A program made the position numbers and the translations under genes. DNA of 64,000 nucleotides from Mytilus trossulus (taxonomy: Eukaryota), in the NCBI RefSeq assembly GCF_036588685.1, contig NC_086378.1, positions 43,152,001 to 43,216,000 of the forward strand, written 5' to 3'. Of the stretch, positions 50,152-63,907 are shown in pieces. The notes under the pieces are model-generated. The model saw nothing but the letters and a program-made list of their open reading frames with translations. It was not told the origin of the DNA and searched no databases. Each line of letters begins with the position of its first letter. The first letter of the stretch is position 1.

Positions 50152-53100
50152 CTTTGAACACATTCATTTGACCTTGGAGGCTACCATGTTCTACGTGCGA
50201 ATGGTCAGTGTGATTTTACGCTGTTTAGTTTTAAATGACCTTTTGAATACAAACGACACAAAAGATTATCCCTTTTAAGAAAACTCAAGTAAGCAAACGA
50301 GTTAATGCTTATACGATTTGCCTTCTTCACACACGACAAAAAAAATGATCAAATTAAAGTAAAAAAGATAAATTACAGCTGTGTCATCAAGTACATCATC
50401 CGAAAAAAATGGGAAAAAAACCAGGATTAACTTTTTTAAAATGTTTTTTTGTTTCTATCTTCGATAAAGTTACGAGCTGCAAAGGAAGTGATGCCTTTTA
50501 ACTGGTCATTTGAACTTAAACTGAAATAGAAACTCCAAAATCCAAATTCACAGAAAGAATCATGTTGGTTAAAATCTCCTTTTCAAATACGTAGTTAGTC
50601 AAATTAGTTTTTGTTTCCAAAGAAAAGGTGGTATTACGGTTTAATCACTATATTCAATAGCCTAACTCGTTATTAAAAAGTTATTTATATTTTGAAATAT
50701 TGCATGCTCATATTAATAGTTATCAAAGGTACCAGGATTAACATTGTAATGTAATATACCGGAATTCGGAGTGGATTTCATAAGTCTGGTTTACTTTGAG
50801 TCGTAAAAATCACATTCGTTAGAGGGGCGTAATTGATATCATTGTAAAATTTAAACTTTATTTGTATTAAGATTTACAAAAGATTTAAGAAATCAGCCAA
50901 GTTCACTGAAATTTCGTATCTTTATTTTTGATATAGTACTTTTTATACTCAAACTACATCAGTAATAACCAAATGAGACAGTAACACCAATTTTCCAGTT
51001 TTTACTTGTTGCGTAGTTCATTCTATCATATTATTATGTCGTATTTATTTCACTTTGTCATTCAAGGTTTTTTTAATTATAAACTTGTTCAACTTTCCTA
51101 TTTCAAATGCATTAGGTTTATTTTTCATTTTGCGCTTGGTAAACTCCTGTATATTAAAACATTTACCAGGTATTTTTAGATTATGGTGTTACATAAATTA
51201 TGCACTTTTTTTCCAACATAATACCATATCGCCTACACTCTTGGTCGTTGTTATCCTTCTATCTACAAAAAGGAAATTTATACGCAAAGAAAAAAAAATA
51301 ATTAGTTATTGATGATCATAAGTATTACATTTTATTTCTCATACATATCTAAATTACAACTTGTAATCCTTGGTAAATGGTTTAAAATTAGATTCAAAAC
51401 ACATTTAAAATTGCATGAAAGTTTTTGATCAAATGTCTTAAATATTTAGCTGCACTTTTTCATGCGGAAACCCACTGATTTATTAGGTTTTCTCAGCAGG
51501 ATTTTCATAACTAGATGCATGCATATCACGTAGAGAATAAATACAAGATGATTGAATGAAATTGACAACCACTTGAATTATGAAAAAAGTAACCCAACAC
51601 TTCAAAGAAAAGTATCAAAATATCATTTTAACCCCCTCTTAAATTTGAAACCACTTCTACAAGGCCTTTTATATTTGATTTTCAAAACATTTAATTTAAT
51701 TTTCAACAACAAAATGTTTGCAGAAAATGTGTCATTTCAGAGGTAATTATATGTGTGCTTTTAACATGTATCAACTGAAAAGATTCACACAATTTCAGTT
51801 ATTCAGATATTCAGTAAAAAGAATTTGCTGCAAGCGCCCCAGTCTGTTTTCTGCTACAATTTTTCAATTAACATAGAGTGTTTGTCGGTGTACGAAAAAA
51901 ACCAATTGTTATGTATTAAACGAATATACACTAAAGAATACAGAAATACCCAATATGAAAGTAAGAAGATGTAGTATGATTGCCAAAATGAGACAACTCT
52001 CCACCAGATACCAAGTGCCGTAGAAGCTCAAGTTTTATGTCTTATTTTGAAATTATCCGAAGACATGTGCTTGTCCATTTTTCATTGCAGGCAACTTAAT
52101 TATCATAAACGGTACCAATTTTAATGCACCAGATGGGCTTTACAACAATTAATGTCTCTTAAGTGATGCTCGAGGCAAAACAAATTAAATATTCAAAATT
52201 TAATACAAATGTATAAAAGAGAGGATCAAACCAAAAAAGGACATAAATTATAGCCAAATCCATGAGGAAGATATGTTCCTAAATTTAAAATACTCTAAAA
52301 AAAAATTATCACGGCAAATTTAGATAAAAAAAATATCTGTATTTTCACCTTGTGTCACATGTATATCGTGGTTATTTTTAGTTACACCATAATTGCCACC
52401 TATTTTAGACATTGCCACCTATTTCAGACAGCGGTAACATTTTGATATACAAGAACCGAATGCCGAAATGCAAGATTAGAGTTCTTTTTTGGTCATATAG
52501 TTCTTTAACTGTTATGGTTCTTTCACATTTTTGGCCATCAAATGTTCTGCTTTGAGCAAACCCGTTAAAGATGAATCAAGAAAAGCGTTTCTGAAGCATT
52601 GAAATTATAAAGTGTTGTTTTGATTTTTTAAACGATTTTTTCTAAATGATAGGCTATGTTTATATGTAAGGTAAACCCATTGTATGATTTTCATATTTGT
52701 AATAAAAGGCTTTTGTGTCCACAATCATAGCATACTTGGTTTCATATTTCAGATGAAGTCACGAATAGCTAATTCATGCTTCATTGTGTGAAATAAACTA
52801 GACTGATAACACAAAGAAGGTGTTAAAGGCCGTATACGTTCATTGACCTGTAGATGAGAACAGCTGTACTTAAAAAATGTCAGACTGCCAATATTTTTCA
52901 CTTTTGGTGGAGATTTTTCAATCACAACCAGGGATAGATATGTACACTCTTGGAGGAGACATTTTCTGCTACTTAGAGCTATAGATTTCTCAGATTATGA
53001 ACGGCCGATACCATAGACTCAAATGGCCGTTTCTTAAACATTGAATCATTATCTATACGAAACATTTGAATATAGGAATAAACAAATTCTCAAAAGTTCT

Positions 53101-54194
53101 TGAGAATATTTCATAAAATCAGGTGCACAATTATAAATATGCAATCTTCCTGTGAAGTTTCGGGGACCTGTGGGAAGAGTTAATTAACCAAAAATTGTAC
53201 CCTGTTTCATAAATGTTGCGAAAATGACTTAGTTTTTAAGTTTGTTATAATAATAAAAATTCCTGAAGCAATTCTGTAATACAAGTTGCACATGTTTTGA
53301 TATGTGCAATATTCCTGTGAAGTTTCAAGGATCTAGGATACAAAAAGTAAGAGTTGAAGAAAAAAACTGGTACCCATTTTATCCACAAGTCCTGTTGTCC
53401 GCCTACCCAACATTTCCACGGTTTTGTCTAATACCAGGATTTTCTAATTAACAATGTAACATAAATTTTTTTTTTTTTTTCTAGCACTAAGAAATCAACG
53501 ACAATCATCCCATTGTATTTTATTATTAATACACCATATCTTCTTAATTAGCAAACTTGCGCATCTGTTTTTTTGGGGCTATACTGCCACTTCTAAAACT
53601 CATTTTTTGACACTATAATAATAATTATTACAAAATCAAAATGCAAAAAAAAGAGGCTCACATCGGCCATAGATTTCAAGACTTCTCAAATAATGTGAGT
53701 TGTGTGTTTTATGAAACATAAGTTTAATATTATGTTATCTTGTAGAGGTGAATTCTGTTTTGTTGCTTAATGCTTTCATTTTGTTTAAATAGTGCCACGG
53801 TATTGATTTTTCTCGTTGTTGAAGGTCATAGGTTTATAATTGCTTACATCGACTTCATTTGAACTGTGGTGGATAGTTGTCTGCAATCATACTACATCTC
53901 CTTGATTATGTTTATAATACGTAACAAACAAAAGTGGCGTATCTTTAATGCCAACTTACATGCAGTGTGTAACGGTACATCAGATGACGTTTCATTTTCA
54001 GATGTAACTACTTCCAATAATAAAAGTGTCTTATAATTCACACACAAAAAAATCAAACAAACAGGAAACCGTGAACTTTTAAAAAATATCCTTTAAATTC
54101 AAACTGAAAATTACAATTTCCTTTTCAGGACGATTTAATATTTTAATGTGTTGGTAGCCAAACCAAAAGACTTGACAATCAAAAAGACTAGACA

Positions 54195-55147
54195 ATGGCA
54201 AAATTTCAATTATACACCATTGTTGCGCCTTGCTTTATTATCCTAGTGTGTTTAAGTGGAATGGAAGCTGGAGGAAAGTTTACTTGGCTTCAGAGGGATA
54301 GATTTGATGAAGTTGTAGGAAAATACATCAATGCTATAAAGGGACACAACTGTGCACCAAGATCGAAAGCTGATATGATGATGAGGGATGATATTGTTAC
54401 ACAAATTCCGAAGGCAAACGAGCTTCTCAGTAAAGTTTTCTATTCAAATAGATCTGTGCTAGTACATATGCATAATATGGCTCTTAATAGGGCATTCTTC
54501 ATGAGTTATATATTACAACGAATGAATAGTACCGAAGACTACTCTATACAACCTAATCTTCATTATCTCTATATGTCAGTAACGGCAGATATCAATGCTA
54601 ATCCATATGCCATAAACGGATCATCCATCATTTTTGACCAAGATGTCTATTATCCGAATTGGTTGACAAATTTGGATTTTAATAAAACTATTCCATTGTT
54701 CGGTGTAAAAGGCTGGCGGAAAGACAATACTTTTGCACAAGGAAACTTTATTCGAGAACCTAACAGACGAGTTGTTCAATGCCAAGATATAGGAGCAGGA
54801 AACAATAAAAATTATACCCATGACGGATATAAGATGAACCCTTGGTATGACTTTTGGTTACCGGATCTAGATGGACAGGAAGACAAATCTAATAAATTTA
54901 CATATAGCGTAGGAATTCGATATTCAAACGTAACGGGAAAATTCATCAAAGAAGATTTTGATGTTTTCAATTTTTTTGGTCCAAATCTACCTAGTCAGAG
55001 CGAAAAAGACATTGGGAAAATGCCAGTCAGATTTACAGTACCATATTTTGATTGTGGAAAATCTGACACATGGAAAGTAAGCGCCGTAGCTCCAATCGTT
55101 GATTTCTTTCCAAGATATTCAAATTATACACACATGAGACGACAGAG
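54195..55147 (+). CDS. Exon 1 (signal peptide + Cache-like module 1)
   Basis: ORF 54195..55151; AG|gtaagt donor. Confidence 0.92.
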
Positions 55148-58100
55148 GTAAGTACACGTCATCCATCAAAATACTCAGCGTTTAAAAATACCATTTAAAC
55201 TTCAATATCTATTATAACTGAAAGTGCGTACGGGTTTTATATGTGTTGGTTTATTGTTCTTCTGCTAAATTTTGATTGACACATGATGGAGCACAGCTCA
55301 ATTTCTTACTTCATGCATGATAAGATTCTAAAGTTAGAAATGTCAATTTTTAAACATACTGTAGATGGTATTTTTAAACGCATCTTAGCAAAGGTCAAAT
55401 TCATTTTGTTTGTAGTTAAGGTTATCAATATTTGAATATCATAATGATTTCTGATTAACATTCACAATATACATGTTGTCCAATGATTAAAAGAAGAAAG
55501 GTAGGAATCGTTTTGATTTTGTACCACCGATATAAGCGCTAGTAAGACCTCCCTTAAAAAAAAAAATTTTGACTGAGCTGTGTTTATTCAAGATTCAATT
55601 AAACATTTAGAGTTAATTTCTCATATTTATATCAAGGGCTCATGAATATTTTTCTTTCACTGAATATTACAATTGACACAATTACTTTATCCGTTCTAAG
55701 AAAGTATTTGCTTTTTTTAGGTTTGTTGGAGTGATAACGATGGATACGGATTTTTTGAAAATTGACTTTAACCCATGTGGAGTCAGCGCTGGAAATCCGG
55801 GACCAAGCTACCTTGCAGGAGTAGCAAGGTGTAAAGATCACACTGGAGTAAGTTATTTCTTAATTGGGACAGATAGAAAAAGTTTATGTAATACAAAACA
55901 CAAAAGTGTCGCTGACCATGTCATGACTTAGAACCATAACGACCCTTTTTTAAACGTTATTCGATTTTCGTTTCATTGTTAATGTCTTTGTAGTTGTTGA
56001 TATGAATAAATGCTTGAAACGTATTGAGAATAGTCAAGAAAAATATGGTGTTAGATGCGTATGTAATGTAGCCAATAAATTGATTTCAAATCAGAACTTA
56101 TTATTGATCTTAACACATGTTTCATATCTACGAAATTCGACATGGATAGAACTGAGGATGGAACAAATAAATACTAACGATTGTAGCCGTTGTTTAGAAC
56201 CACACCAAATGCACATGTACAAACGAAAGACATTTCTGGACCATTTGTCACATAAGTAAAACAAACCATAAAAGCATGCACTGTAACAGTAATAATACAT
56301 GATTTTATTCTCACATGGAGATTCCTGTTTATAATGATGGACTATACCGATCTTTTATTGTTTAATATTTACTTATTTCTTCTAAAATTTTTTTAGTGCA
56401 AAGCTAAAAGCGGTAAAGGATATGGGCGTGGAGGATACATCTGTCACTGTAAGGGTAAATACGTATATCCTATGGATATCCAAGGACCATACGATGGAAA
56501 ACTGATAGAAATGTCAACCAATGAGGAACGGGCAAACAGTTTTAATTGCATACGTGGCGACCGTAAGTTTAAAATTGTGTTTTATTGGAAATGCGTTAAT
56601 TGAACACTTAGATTTTATCATGTTCTATCAAGATTCTTTATTTCTCAAACACCATAAAGTTACAATGGTACAAAGAAGTTCATCAAAAGTTATATAACAT
56701 AACACAAACACACATGACAAGATGAGATGAAAATATGAAATAAAATAAAAGAAACAGTCTAGTAGCGAAGAGTGGTGATTAACCAAGAAGACTCACTTGA
56801 AAAGTTATAACCCTGATAAATTTGCACAGCTTTTTCACTTATTTTTAATTTTTAACTGTAATAGTTTTTCAAATTTTAGTATGTTACATCTGTGCAAGAA
56901 AAAAGAATCCAAATATTGTGCTCGAAAATTTGCCAAAGAACTACACTGCAAAGTATAATGAAATTCATCACCAATCTCGTTACAATGACATAAGTTACAA
57001 TATCTAAGGTTTCGCTCAATCTTATTCCATTTACCAGTTTCGATGGGTAACTTATGCTTACCCGTTCGAAATCTACAATATGTTATTCTATCTTTATCGC
57101 TTAAAATATTCAGATATTCCTCAAATTCAAAACTTTGTTTATACAATTTGTAGGCCAAACCTTTTGATGAACAGTCAATATCAGCCCTCCATTTCTGTTG
57201 AAACTGATCAAATAACTTTTGTTTTAAACTAATACACAACCACTTAGAATTAAAATTTCCTTGTGACCACCATATATTGCTATATCCACATTTATCTAAG
57301 GTATTTTTAAAACGTATTTCAACCAATCTGACCTAAATTGGTTGTCAGAGTTCTTCAAGAACATGTATTTGTATTATATTTTAGCAATTCTATCAGAACG
57401 GATTGCTCTGTGTTTTTAGTTCAAATGAGCATACGCGCTTCAGTAGAAATAAAGTCAAATTTATAATTAAAAAAGCAGCCATTCCAGTCACAGTACGAAA
57501 ACGATAGATGTTAACCCCCAAATGAATACACGACGCTATACTCCCTGTACGTGAATTATTTTCCTATTTAATATATTCAATTCACATAAATACATTTATA
57601 CTATATTTTTACGGTATGTCTTTGTCAAAACAATGAATTCCAAAATTAACAGAACTACAATTAATAATATAGTGTGTTTTACACTCGAGCCAATGAATTT
57701 TATGCTTTATTTTTTTTATTTTTTCATAGATTACCGCGTTCTTCCCATTGTTGACCAAAATGCTGACGTCACAGTTGAATTTGGAGTGGCTAATATCAAT
57801 ACTCGTAAGAAGAGGTCACTTCTGTCAATAAATGAAACGGATTTCATACACTATGGAAGTGAAAAACATGGAAAAGTTGAAAGAGAAACTGTAAAGGAAA
57901 CTACCAAGGTTGAGTTTGAACAGAATCAGAGGAAAAAGGAGAAGAAAAAGAGAAGAAAGAGAACCACGGATTACGGAGATAGATCAGAATTTGATCAAAT
58001 GCGCTTTGATAGAATGATCAGGATTTTCAGACAGAAAGTCAGTATAAACAAAGACAATTGCAAGAGTGTCCCTGCAAGTTCTCTCAATCTGCCAGGAGAC

Positions 58101-60937
58101 GCTGCTTTTGACGTTGAAAATCAATTTAAATACCAAGGAGCAACGGCCCTGAGACTATCGCATTTTCTATCAATTTTCCTAGAAACTGTTCAGATAACTG
58201 ATAACTTTGGTAATCTAAGAGGAGGTGGTAGACTTCATCAGGATCACTTATTTGGAGAAGTCTTAGCTAACGTAATGGGAGATCACAGAATTTTATCAAG
58301 TGGCATTTTCTTCGAACCATACATCTTTGAAAACCAGGATGGAACTCCTAAAGAACTTTTTGGTCCTTATGCCTTTAAAGACCGAGGCGTTGCTAAGGCT
58401 ATAGATATGGCAGGTTTACCAAGAAAATATATATTTGAAGACTGGTACCAGAATATCAAACAGAGCTGGGAAACTAATACAGCTAAACTCAAGAAACATA
58501 AAATGAATCAACTGGTTCGCTCAGACGCAAAAGGGACCAGCTCAATAAAATTTGAATATTACCCAATAGGATACTATGCTCCTAAATATGAAGATGGTCT
58601 TTGGTCTCATCCTAAGTTTAAGTGCGATGGAATGACAGATAAGTGGGTGATGACATACAGTATTCCTTTCTTCAGAAGAGACTATGTTGCAAAGAAAAAC
58701 AAATTCGCGTAAGTATAAAATACAATGGCATTGGTTTTTTTGCCAAGTTCTAGATAATGTTAGTTTCAAATGAACGACGAAATGTATGAAAAAACATATC
58801 TAAACAATTTGATATCATAATTTTTTACCACGATCAACAATTTATTTAAATAACATGTATATAACCATTTTATTTTAAATAGCTTGTACTTTTTTTGCAA
58901 TTTCATAAGTGCATATTTTTAAAAGTTCTCAAATAGTTATGAACACAGAAATAATTATATGTCTTCCTTAATTTTTTTTAGAGGAGTTGTAACTGTCGAT
59001 GTACCTCTTGATAATTTGGAAATAAACCAATGTCCAATGGCATTTAGTGTTGCTAATGCATTCAAAAATACAGCAAGATGTCATAAGTCTACTAAGGTAA
59101 GTTGTTAATCATCTACACACTCTAAGGTCCCGAGCATTACTGATAATCGATTGATTGATTGTTGGTTGCTTGACGTCCAGTGGGGCATCACTGATGAAGA
59201 TAATTCACGAAGCAAGACATAATTAGAAATATCACTATTTGCAAAGTAAATGGGAAATAGACAAGAAGTTTCATATACAGATTAGTAATACACATTCATT
59301 GATCGATCGGTAGATATACAGAGACACTGTCAGGATCAAAGCGTTATCATTACTTAGGTACCAAGTTTTCATCTTTTGTGGTGGTATAATTTTTCAGACT
59401 TTGAAATTTAGAAAATATTTCGATATCACAAGTGAAATAACATACAGGGATATGATATCTTAAAAAAAAATCCACATAGATGATACAATTTTGTATGCTT
59501 TTTACTCTAATTTTTCATTTGGAGCAAAACGTTTGAATTCCCTTCTGAAACAAATCATTTTGACAATGAGAATTTAATAATTCATATTTAAAAAAAAAAA
59601 CATGCCCATTGATTTGAAATACTCATGTTATTGAAGGACACAAAATCACCATCTTTCATATCATTCTCTACTCTTTTGTGTAACGTTTCAGCGGATGTCA
59701 CTATCGTTATTTTTAAGACTTTTAGTATCTTTTGTAACTATATGTCCCTTTAGTTCTACATTTGATTTGTGATTTCCACTTTGGTAATACAAATTGTATC
59801 TTTTCCATTCCGTATCTAACTCATTTCATCTCCTTCGTTTTGTATACGATATACAAAAATCTCCTCAAGTAGCACCACTTTTTATCTTCCTTTGAAGTAT
59901 CTTCATTAATATTTACTTTATTTCCAGTGTAAAATGATTCCTGGGTATAAATACTCACGAGGAGCATACCGATGTGATTGTAAACAAGGATACGAGTACC
60001 AGTTTGCTGATGGAAAGAACTTTATAGAAGGAAGTTTAGTCGAGCTGGAATATGAAAAGAAAGTCAAGGGACTGTTCAGTCGGTAAGTCATTTTAAAATA
60101 AATTGATAAATGAATTAAAGCATAGTCTTTTTATACAGTCTTGTCCTTATTATTTTTTTCATTTTTTTTTTCATTTGTAAAAGCTTGTTCAATGACTTTG
60201 TTAGATTTTCTTTGTCGGAATAGTAGTAACATTTGTTTACTTAAGTAGGCATCTATGTTCAATGTTGGTATTATTTGTTCTCGCGTCTTGTATTAAATAT
60301 TCAGTTAAGTTTGCATTAAGAAGAGTATTAAACAAAACTAAACTGTTGTTGAACTATATATGATGCATATCAAATGAATATGACATTTCTATTAAAGGTT
60401 TATGAATGGAAAAATACATTTCATACATTTTTATCCCTTTGTTTGATGTGTTTGAGCTTTTGAATTTGCAATTGCTGAGGGACTTTCGGTTTTTAATTTC
60501 ATCGGAGTTCTGAATTTCAGTGATTTTACTTTTAATTAGACTGAACAATTTCGATTTATTTGCTAGCAGTGGTCTTAGCTTGCAAAATGATCAATTTGAA
60601 ATAGACGCACTACCATCAGACACCAAAAACGATGTGACATGCCTTTGATGAAAAGCATTATTTCAAAAATTAACAATAAAATTAGTTGAAGAGAGGCGAA
60701 TGATCAGCTAAAAAAAAGGGGGGGATTGAACAATGCCATGGCAAAAACGAAAAACGATCAATAGACAAAAAACAGTGCATAGAAAACTTTTCATAAAAAA
60801 ACAAGTTCTAAACTTCTCTTACTCTTTGTAGGTTTGATTCCCTAGTATGTCGAGTACAAGGAGGCGCCAGTGCAGTTGCTGTGAATTACTTTTCAGTATT
60901 AATAGGGATGCTTGTGGCATTAATGATGTCAAGATAA
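54195..60937 (+). CDS. 866-aa secreted, probably GPI-anchored protein with two tandem GPR158/GPR179-like extracellular (Cache + EGF-like) modules
   Basis: Exons 54195-55147, 55721-55847, 56397-56562, 57730-58708, 58982-59096, 59928-60082, 60832-60937 (2601 nt, phases all consistent, GT-AG). N-terminal signal peptide; repeated motifs ALxxAxF(M/L)S, WY, PYFDC/PKFKC..W, idxNxC, ARC..T.C....G....G.Y.C.C..GY; hydrophobic C-terminal tail. A 5' UTR acceptor at 54128 implies upstream non-coding exon(s). Confidence 0.88.
55721..55847 (+). CDS. Exon 2 (FVGVITMDTDFLKIDFNPC...ARCKDHTG)
   Basis: ctttttttag acceptor, GGA|gtaagt donor, phase 2/0. Confidence 0.9.
56397..56562 (+). CDS. Exon 3 (EGF-like 1: CKAKSGKGYGRGGYICHC...FNC)
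   Basis: ttttag acceptor, C|gtaagt donor, phase 0/1. Confidence 0.9.
56625..57330 (-). mobile_element. 5'-truncated LINE 3' end (zinc-finger C-terminus, RTE-X/L2-like) in intron 3
   Basis: ORF 56835..57326 FRTGKHKLPIETGKW...CNLC...IGDEFH...C; AATAAA and tail near 56640. Confidence 0.8.
57730..58708 (+). CDS. Exon 4 (polybasic linker + Cache-like module 2)
   Basis: ttttcatag acceptor inside ORF 57633..58712; GC|gtaagt donor, phase 1/2. Confidence 0.92.
58982..59096 (+). CDS. Exon 5 (GVVTVDVPLDNLEINQC...ARCHKSTK)
   Basis: ttttttag acceptor, AAG|gtaagt donor, phase 2/0. Confidence 0.9.
59928..60082 (+). CDS. Exon 6 (EGF-like 2: CKMIPGYKYSRGAYRCDCKQGY...)
   Basis: tttccag acceptor, CG|gtaagt donor, phase 0/2. 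Confidence 0.9.
60832..60937 (+). CDS. Exon 7 (FDSLVCRVQGGASAVAVNYFSVLIGMLVALMMSR*; GPI-signal-like)
   Basis: ctctttgtag acceptor, phase 2, supplies the closing Cys of EGF-like 2, TAA at 60935-60937. Confidence 0.85.
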
Positions 60938-62349
60938 ACAGTAAAACTCATATATGTATCATCCGTTACAAAAGATATACACGAGAACATTTTTCATTTA
61001 TAATGTATATGAAGAGGAGATGCAAACTGTTGTATCTACTAATGTGCATTTATCATCTGATTCAAAATCAATTTTGACAATTTATGAAGATTGATTCAAG
61101 TTAGTTTTTTTGAAGTAATCAATGCATCATCATTCTTAATTTCTGCAATTGATATTGGATTGTGTACATTATAGAAGTATAATCACTTGTTCATCTACTT
61201 AGTAGAACAAAAAACGTTTTCAGTCATAGCGAATTCTTCGAACATAAAATTGATGAATTCATGCCTTTTTGGTTGATGAATCAACGATCATATACCTGTA
61301 ACTCAAATGGAGACTGATAGGGTCTTATAAAGACAACTCTGAATCAATTATGTTATCATAACACATTGAATATATGAAATCCATCCAAGTAGTATTATTA
61401 CAGCAAACTGTATTAATCAAGAGAGAACGTGACTGTAACAGTGCTATGTTGTTGTATTATTGAATTACTTATTTTTAAATTTTATATTTATATTTTTTAC
61501 ATTGACTTGAAATCCATTTTTATGAATCTCATTTTTGTAAATTTAATTTATTGGAATGAGAAAAAGTTGGGTGTTTTTGTTATCGTTTCCAGTTTTGACC
61601 AATATCTTCCTAATGGCAACTGGACTTTTCAAATGTCAACTTATCGCATGTTAAGATTTGTATTAATTGAATTATTATTGTCAGAAATCGAACATCATTC
61701 CAGGGTTTATTCCCGATGGTCCCATTTTTCGGATTTCTAATTGTCTCACATTGTTTTATTATGTTAAAATAAATCATTGCATGAACATATTAGCAGTTGA
61801 TATCAATTATAAATTCATATCAATTGATTAATTAAACATGAGAATGCACTTTTGGTTAAATAATATAACATACAAGTGATAATCGATGTCTATACTGTAA
61901 GGTATATAAACAAATATCGAGATGAGAGGAGAATTCCAATATTTGGAGAATATATATATATTTTTCTATTATCTTCAAGTTTTTATCTAAATGATTAAAC
62001 ACGTACACTCAATTTTGTTTCTTCTTATTTCATTTCTATGATCTGCAGATTAAAGGGTTTGGAGATTGATTTGAAGAAAAAAAATACATATTTCAAATTA
62101 CAACGTCACATAAGCATCAACTTCATTACCTTTTACCTGTAATCAAAAAAATTTGACAATTAAAAAACATCAATTAGAAAATTGAATACACTACCAGATT
62201 TGTTATCATTTATTCAAATTTTAACTCTGTTAAAATACAGCTTAATAAAAACAAGATTTGCAAACTCTGACATGCATCGACTTCTTTACTAATAATTGCT
62301 ATTATGTGGATAGTCCTAAATATAAAGCTTTACTACAACTATCATATGA

Positions 62350-63010
62350 TCCAAGAAAAGGAGATAAAGGTCAAGGTCATAAAAACCGAACAAGAAATAA
62401 AAACTAAATGAAAATTACCTTTTAATCATTCAATACACTAAATAAAGATTACCTATTGCTTATAGTTTCTAAGAAGCAGACTCAACCAAGAAAACTTAAA
62501 ATTGATCAATGGACCATGAAATGAGGTCAAGATCAGACGAACCATGCTAGGCCGACATGCACAGCTGACAAGCCCTCAATACAACACACATAGCTTATAG
62601 TTTTAGAAAAACAGACTAAAACACAAAACTTAACACTGAGCAATGAACTGTGAAAATGAGGTTATAGTGAAATAAAACCTGCGAGACTGACATATACATA
62701 TTAAAATATTTCCATACACCAAATATAGTTGACACATTGCATATAGTATTAGAAGAAAAGACTAAAATTCAAAAACTTTACTTTGACTATTGAATCATGA
62801 AAATGAGGTCAAGGTCAGATAACACCTGCCAGTTGGACATATACAGTCCTTCCGTATACCGAATATACAAGATCTGTTGCTTATAATATCTGGGATATGA
62901 AGTTGATCACAAAAACTTAACCTTGTTCACTGATCCATGAAATGCACTTAATGTCAAGTGTCTGACGGACAATGTACGCACATACCAAATACAGTTATTC
63001 TATAACTCAT
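62350..63010 (-). repeat. Diverged ~140-bp tandem core repeats (HINE-type satellite)
   Basis: catgaaaatgaggtcaag units near 62516, 62651, 62796, 62936. Confidence 0.6.
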
Positions 63011-63578
63011 AATATGAGAGAAATTAACATTACAAAAAATCTTTAAAAAACAGTCTGGTTGTTTAGAAATGTTGTTAAAATCCTTTAAACTTATTTTCAT
63101 TACATATTTATTTTTATTATAAAACATGATAGAAGACCTGTACCGATATCAGTACTGGTTGTTTTGTGTTCACTTCCATGTCCAACAACAACCAAGCCTT
63201 CATGTATTTTTTCCAACACTCATCACAATAGTTTGTATCAAAATATGCATTTACATGTGACTCATAAATAAAGGCAACAGTAGTATACCGCTGTTCAAAA
63301 CTCGTAAATCTAGTGACAAAAACAAAATTGGGGTAACAAACTAAAACTGAGGGAAACGCATTAAATATAAAAGGAGAACTACGACACAACATTAAAATGT
63401 AACACACACAGAAACGGACTAAGCGTTAGACAAAATCCGATGAAAATAACAAATATAACACCAAAACCAAATATATGAATTTGGGATAGAACAATACCGT
63501 GACACGTCTTATAGTAATGTGAATTCTTACTCAAATATAAGAGAAAACAAACGACACAACGGAAACACAACGTTGAAA

Positions 63579-63907
63579 GTGAAAGTACTTTAATTCGTGG
63601 GTATCAATTTTCGTGGTTTGAGCTATATTTACATGTTCGTGTGTTTTTAAATCCGTAGATAAAGCCTTTAGAAACGAAGGTTACAAATAGTATGGATTGA
63701 AGGAAATTGCAAAGTAAACATTGACCCGTGTAAATCGTAGTTATAACAATAATTAACCCATGATAAAGTGATCAACAGATTAAAGACCACCAAAGGTCTT
63801 AATTAGGCCATAAACATTTTATTTCGTTGGACACTTAAATTCGTGGATAAAGTCATCCTCGAAAACCACGAAAATTGGTACCCCACGAATAAAAGTACTT
63901 TCACAGT
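63579..63907. mobile_element. Tc1/pogo-like MITE
   Basis: gtgaaagtacttt.attcgtggg..ccaattttcgtggttt is mirrored at 63862-63904 and ends cagta. Confidence 0.7.

Noticed and set aside
45455-54128. Upstream non-coding exon or promoter of the Cache-module gene
   Set aside because: Several candidate splice sites (e.g. CAG|gtaag near 45465, acceptors at 52752 and 54001) but none can be chosen from sequence alone
57633-57729. N-terminal 32 aa of ORF 57633..58712 as a separate gene start
   Set aside because: This is the intron polypyrimidine tract; the acceptor at 57729 joins in phase with exon 3
60847-61077. ORF MSSTRRRQCSCC as the last exon
   Set aside because: The phase-2 junction from exon 6 selects another frame, which ends at TAA 60937
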